Shown piece by piece: positions 60,057 through 64,000 of a DNA stretch of 64,000 nt (position 1 is its first letter; every line of letters starts with the position of its first letter). Below the pieces are notes generated by a model that did no database searches, had not been told where the DNA came from, and saw nothing but the letters and a program-made list of their open reading frames with translations. The translations under genes and the position numbers were made by a program. Source of the stretch: Mobula hypostoma. Lineage: Eukaryota. The stretch covers positions 3,970,001 through 4,034,000 of the forward strand of contig NC_086109.1 in the NCBI RefSeq assembly GCF_963921235.1, written 5' to 3'.

Positions 60057-61844
60057 TAGTCTTTCATCCCCCTTTGCTGGAAAGAGAAGAGCCCTAGCTC
60101 GTTCAAGCAAACCTCATAAGACACGCTCTCTAATCCAGGCAGCATCCTGGTAAATCTCCTCTGCATCCTCTCTAAAGCTCCCACATCCTTCCTATAATGA
60201 GGCGAACAGAACTAACCAGAATATTCCAGCTGAACTCAGTATTCCACAGCTGGCTTCTCGCACAGACTGGAACCTGTGATCAGACCCATAATAATATAAG
60301 ACCTAGAAGCAGAATTAGGCCATTCATCCCATTGAGACCGCTCTGGTCAGAGTACAGTTCTACCAGCATCACCATCATTATGTGCCGTGTCATATGATAT
60401 AGGCGGTCATGGTCTTCCCATGACCATAATTGTTGGCAAATTTTTTGACAGAAGTGGTTTGCCATTGCCTTCCTCTGGGCAGTGTCTTTACAAGACTGGT
60501 GACCCCAGCCATTCTCAATACTCTTCAGAGATTGTCTGCCTGGTGTCAGTGGTCACATAACCAGGACTTGTGATCTGCACCAGCTGCTTGTACGACCATC
60601 CACCACCTGCTCCTGTGGCTTCACGTGACCCTGATCGGGGGGCTAAGCAGGTGCTACACAGGCTAGAGGAGGGAAGGAGCACCTCACACCTCCTCTGGTA
60701 AGGACATTTCTCCACCCTGCCACCCAGGCATGTGTTATATTTCCTGTGGAAAGCCGGTTGCAACAGAGGTGGCCGCTGTAGCAGCTGGAATTCAGCTGGG
60801 AACAGCGAGAGTTCATGTGGCCTTGACTAATTTGCTAAATTTAATCCAACAGCTGGTTAGTTTGTTCATTTATTAAAACTCAGAGGGCCACGTGGTCTCC
60901 TGTGATGGACCAGTGCTAATTTCACCGTCCTCTGTCCCACGGCTGCAGGCAACAGAGGAATCCTTCACATCTGCAAAGAAGCAACAAAATATGAAAGGTT
61001 TTCACTCATTTGTGCTTTAATTAGTTTGAAAGAAGCCCGTGGGTGATGGAGTGATGGGAGCCTCTGGATCTGAGCCCAGTCTCACAGCACAAGCCCCTTC
61101 CTTTCATGTTTAACCACCTTCTTGTAAGTTAAGTATGGAACTTTCTGTCAGGATGAAATGCATTCACAGATAATTCTCTTTACACATCCCACAGAAAGTT
61201 TTGTCCTTTGCACGTCGGCAGTCTCCTTCAGCCTCCTGAACAGCCTGTGCTTGTATCACACAGTGATGGGCTCCGCAGTGACCCAGCGGTCTCCAGAGTC
61301 AGGGAGTCACACATAAGGAAACCGGCCCTTTGTCCCAAATGGGTCACGCAGCCAAGGTTCCCACCCAACCCAGTCCCATTGGCCCGCGTTTCACTCACAT
61401 CTCTCTAAACTGTACGGCAGCTTTCCATATTACATCTGTGGAAATCAGAGAGAGCCTTTGGTGGTATACCATATCTTCCTCAAACTCCACATGAAATATA
61501 ACCACTGTCGTGCCTTAATAGTTACAGGGAGAGGCAGGGAAAAGAGTTTCAAAAAATCAGCCTGAAATGAATGGCAGAGTAGACTTGATGGGATGAATGG
61601 CCTAATTCAGTTTTGATACTGGTTTTAAGCTTTGGCAGATTCGATGGTCTGATGGCTTGTTTCAACAGCCTTATGGGCTCCTGTTTGAAGGATTTCAACC
61701 GGAATCATTGGCTCTTTATTCCTCTTAATAGATGCTGCATGGCTCACTGAGTTTCTGCAGCATTTTGTGTGTGTGTTGCTGATGGGCTCCGTTACCTTGT
61801 AGAGGTTGAAAAAAAGCTAACAACAAAGATCTGAGATATTATCT

Positions 61845-63341
61845 TCTCTCTTGCTCGCTCAACCTCTCTCTCTTTCCCTCACTCTCCACCCCTTCATTCC
61901 CTCTCTCTCACAACCTCTCTCTCTTTCCCTCACTCTCCACCCCTTCATTCCCTCTCTCACAACCTTGCCATCTTTCCCTCTATCTCCATCCCCTTCTCAT
62001 TCTCTCTCTCACAATCTCTCTCTTTCCCTCACTCTCTCTCACAACCTCTCTCTCCTTCCCTCACTCTCCACCCCTTCATTCTCTCTCTCACAACCTTGCC
62101 ATCTTTCCCTCTGTCTCCATCCCTTTCTCATTCCCTCTCTCTCACAATCTCTCTCTCTTTCCCTCACTCTCTCTCACAATCTCTCTCTCTCTTTCCCTCA
62201 CTCTCTCTCACAATCTCTCTCTCTCTTTCCCTCACTCTCTCTCACAATCTCTCTCTCTCTTTCCCTCACTCTCTCTCACAACCTCTCTCTCTTTCCCTCA
62301 CTCTCTCTCACAATCTCTCTTTCTTTCCCTCACTCTCTCTCACAACCTCTCTATCTTTCCCTCACTCTCTCTCACAATCTCTCTCTCTTTCCCTCTGTCT
62401 CCATCCCTTTCTCATTCTCTCCCTCTCTCTCTCCCCGTCTCTCTCCTGGTCTCTTCTCAATCACCCTCTCCCTCTCTCTCCTCCCCTTTCTCTCAGCCTC
62501 TCTTTCCCTCTCTCTCCCTTTCTGCCCTCTATCAATTTCTCTCTTTCTCCTCTCCCTCTCTCCCCCTTTCCCTCGGTCACCCTCCTCTCCTTCTTACCCC
62601 CTCTGTCACTCCTTTTCTCAATTTCTCTATCTTCTCCCTCCCTCTCCCCGTCTCTCTCTCCCTTTCTCTCCTCTCTCTCCCTCATTCTCCCTCCTTCCCT
62701 CTCTCCATCTCTCCCTCTCTCCCCTTCTTTTCTCCCCCTCCCACTCCCTTTCTCTCTCTCTCTACCCCCACTCCCTCTCACCTCCTGCTCTCTCTCTCCT
62801 TCCCTCTCTCAGCCTTTCTCTTCCCCACTCTCTCTCCAACCCCCTTTCTCTCCCTCTCTCTCTTCCTCTCTCCCTCTATCCTCTCCTCTCCCTCTCAACC
62901 TCTCTCTTTCCCTCTCTCTCCACCCTCTCTTTCTCTAACTCACTCTCTGTCTCTCTCCCTCTCCCATTTCTCTCCTTCTCTTCTCTCCCTCTCTTCCTTT
63001 CTCTCTCCCTCTCTCTCCCCTCTCTCTTGTGCTCCCCACTCTCTCTCCCCATCCCGTCTCCCCATCCCCTCTCGCCATCCTCTCTCCATCTCTCCGCCCT
63101 CTCCCTAGCTCCATCACTCTTTCCCTCTGTCCTTCTGCCCTTCTCCCCCTCTCTCCCCCACCCTCTCTGAACCCCTCTCTCTCTCAGCCTCTCTCTCTCT
63201 CAGCCTCTCTCCCCCTCGCTCGCTCTCTCTCTCTCTCTCTCTCAGCCTCTCTCTCTCTCTCAGCCTCTCTCCCTCTCTCCTCTCTCTCTCTCTCGCTCTC
63301 TCTCTCCCCCTCTCTCTCTCACTCTCTCTCTCTCTCCCCTC

Positions 63342-63379
<38 letters not shown>

Positions 63380-63462
63380 CCCCCCTCTCTCTCTCCCCTC
63401 TCTCTCTCTCGCTCTCTCTCTCTCCCCCCCCTCTCTCCCCTCTCTCTCTCGCTCTCTCTCTC

Positions 63463-63534
<72 letters not shown>

Positions 63535-63535
63535 A
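61845..63535. repeat. 1.7-kb CT-rich microsatellite/low-complexity tract with ~30-34 bp higher-order units
   Basis: Repeated TCTCTTTCCCTCACTCTCTCTCACAA units grading into (CT)n. Confidence 0.95.
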
Positions 63536-64000
63536 CTTATTTAAATGTCAAGGGTATGAAGCCACTGCAGAGAATTACAACAACCCCTGGCTCTGGTCTT
63601 CCGTCTCAATTTCTTCAGGAGACATAATTCTTTAAATTGCAAAATAATTAGGAGAGGGCAAGAAGTGGTGGAGAGGGGCTGGTGAACGTTGAGGGACGTG
63701 TAGTTGTGGCCAAGAGGAAATGTTAGGTCAGCAAGAGTGAATGGAAATCAATCTGTTCTCAGACTGTGGAAATAAAATCTAATTACCGGCTTCAGTGTAA
63801 TATTGTGTGAAAGCCTTCAGCCAACATGCCTTCTCTCTGTTTCAAACCTGAGTTTCCTCTTCTTCAGAAACGAATTAGTGTCAATACTAAAATAATAGTT
63901 ATATCCTCAAGCAATAAAATTCTATTTTCAGTTAAAGAATTCTGCCAGCTTTATTAGTTGCTCTGGCAGACATCTTTCTGCCTGTTTGCCTCCCACATCA

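Noticed and set aside
61851..63544. Long ORFs (439, 280 and 171 aa), and ORFs at 48588-48995
   Set aside because: Artefacts of stop-free CT/GA low-complexity DNA.

Overview
Repeat-dominated eukaryotic DNA, probably a gene desert or large intron. I found no host exon I could support. The repeat families (CR1/HER1-type LINEs, V-SINEs, Penelope-like elements, Rex1/Babar and RTE relics, Tc1/pogo and hAT MITEs, solo LTRs) suggest a cartilaginous fish, probably a ray; this is inference. The centrepiece is an intact, apparently full-length young CR1 LINE (33657-38056, ATCTC target duplication). Its ORF1 encodes a Zn-finger/coiled-coil plus SGNH esterase and its ORF2 an APE plus RT. ORF2 has no AUG before the endonuclease and lies in the -1 frame. 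The short overlap contains a correctly phased U_UUA_AAC slippery heptamer directly before the ORF1 stop, so I propose programmed -1 frameshifting that yields an ORF1-ORF2 fusion. Other notable signals are minimal hammerhead ribozyme motifs in Penelope-like termini, a duplicated promoter module in the CR1 5'UTR, a chimeric LINE insertion, a composite MITE, and TE-free islands with Pbx-Hox/Meis enhancer-like motifs. Boundaries of old fragments are approximate, and family assignments come from motif recognition by eye, not database searches.
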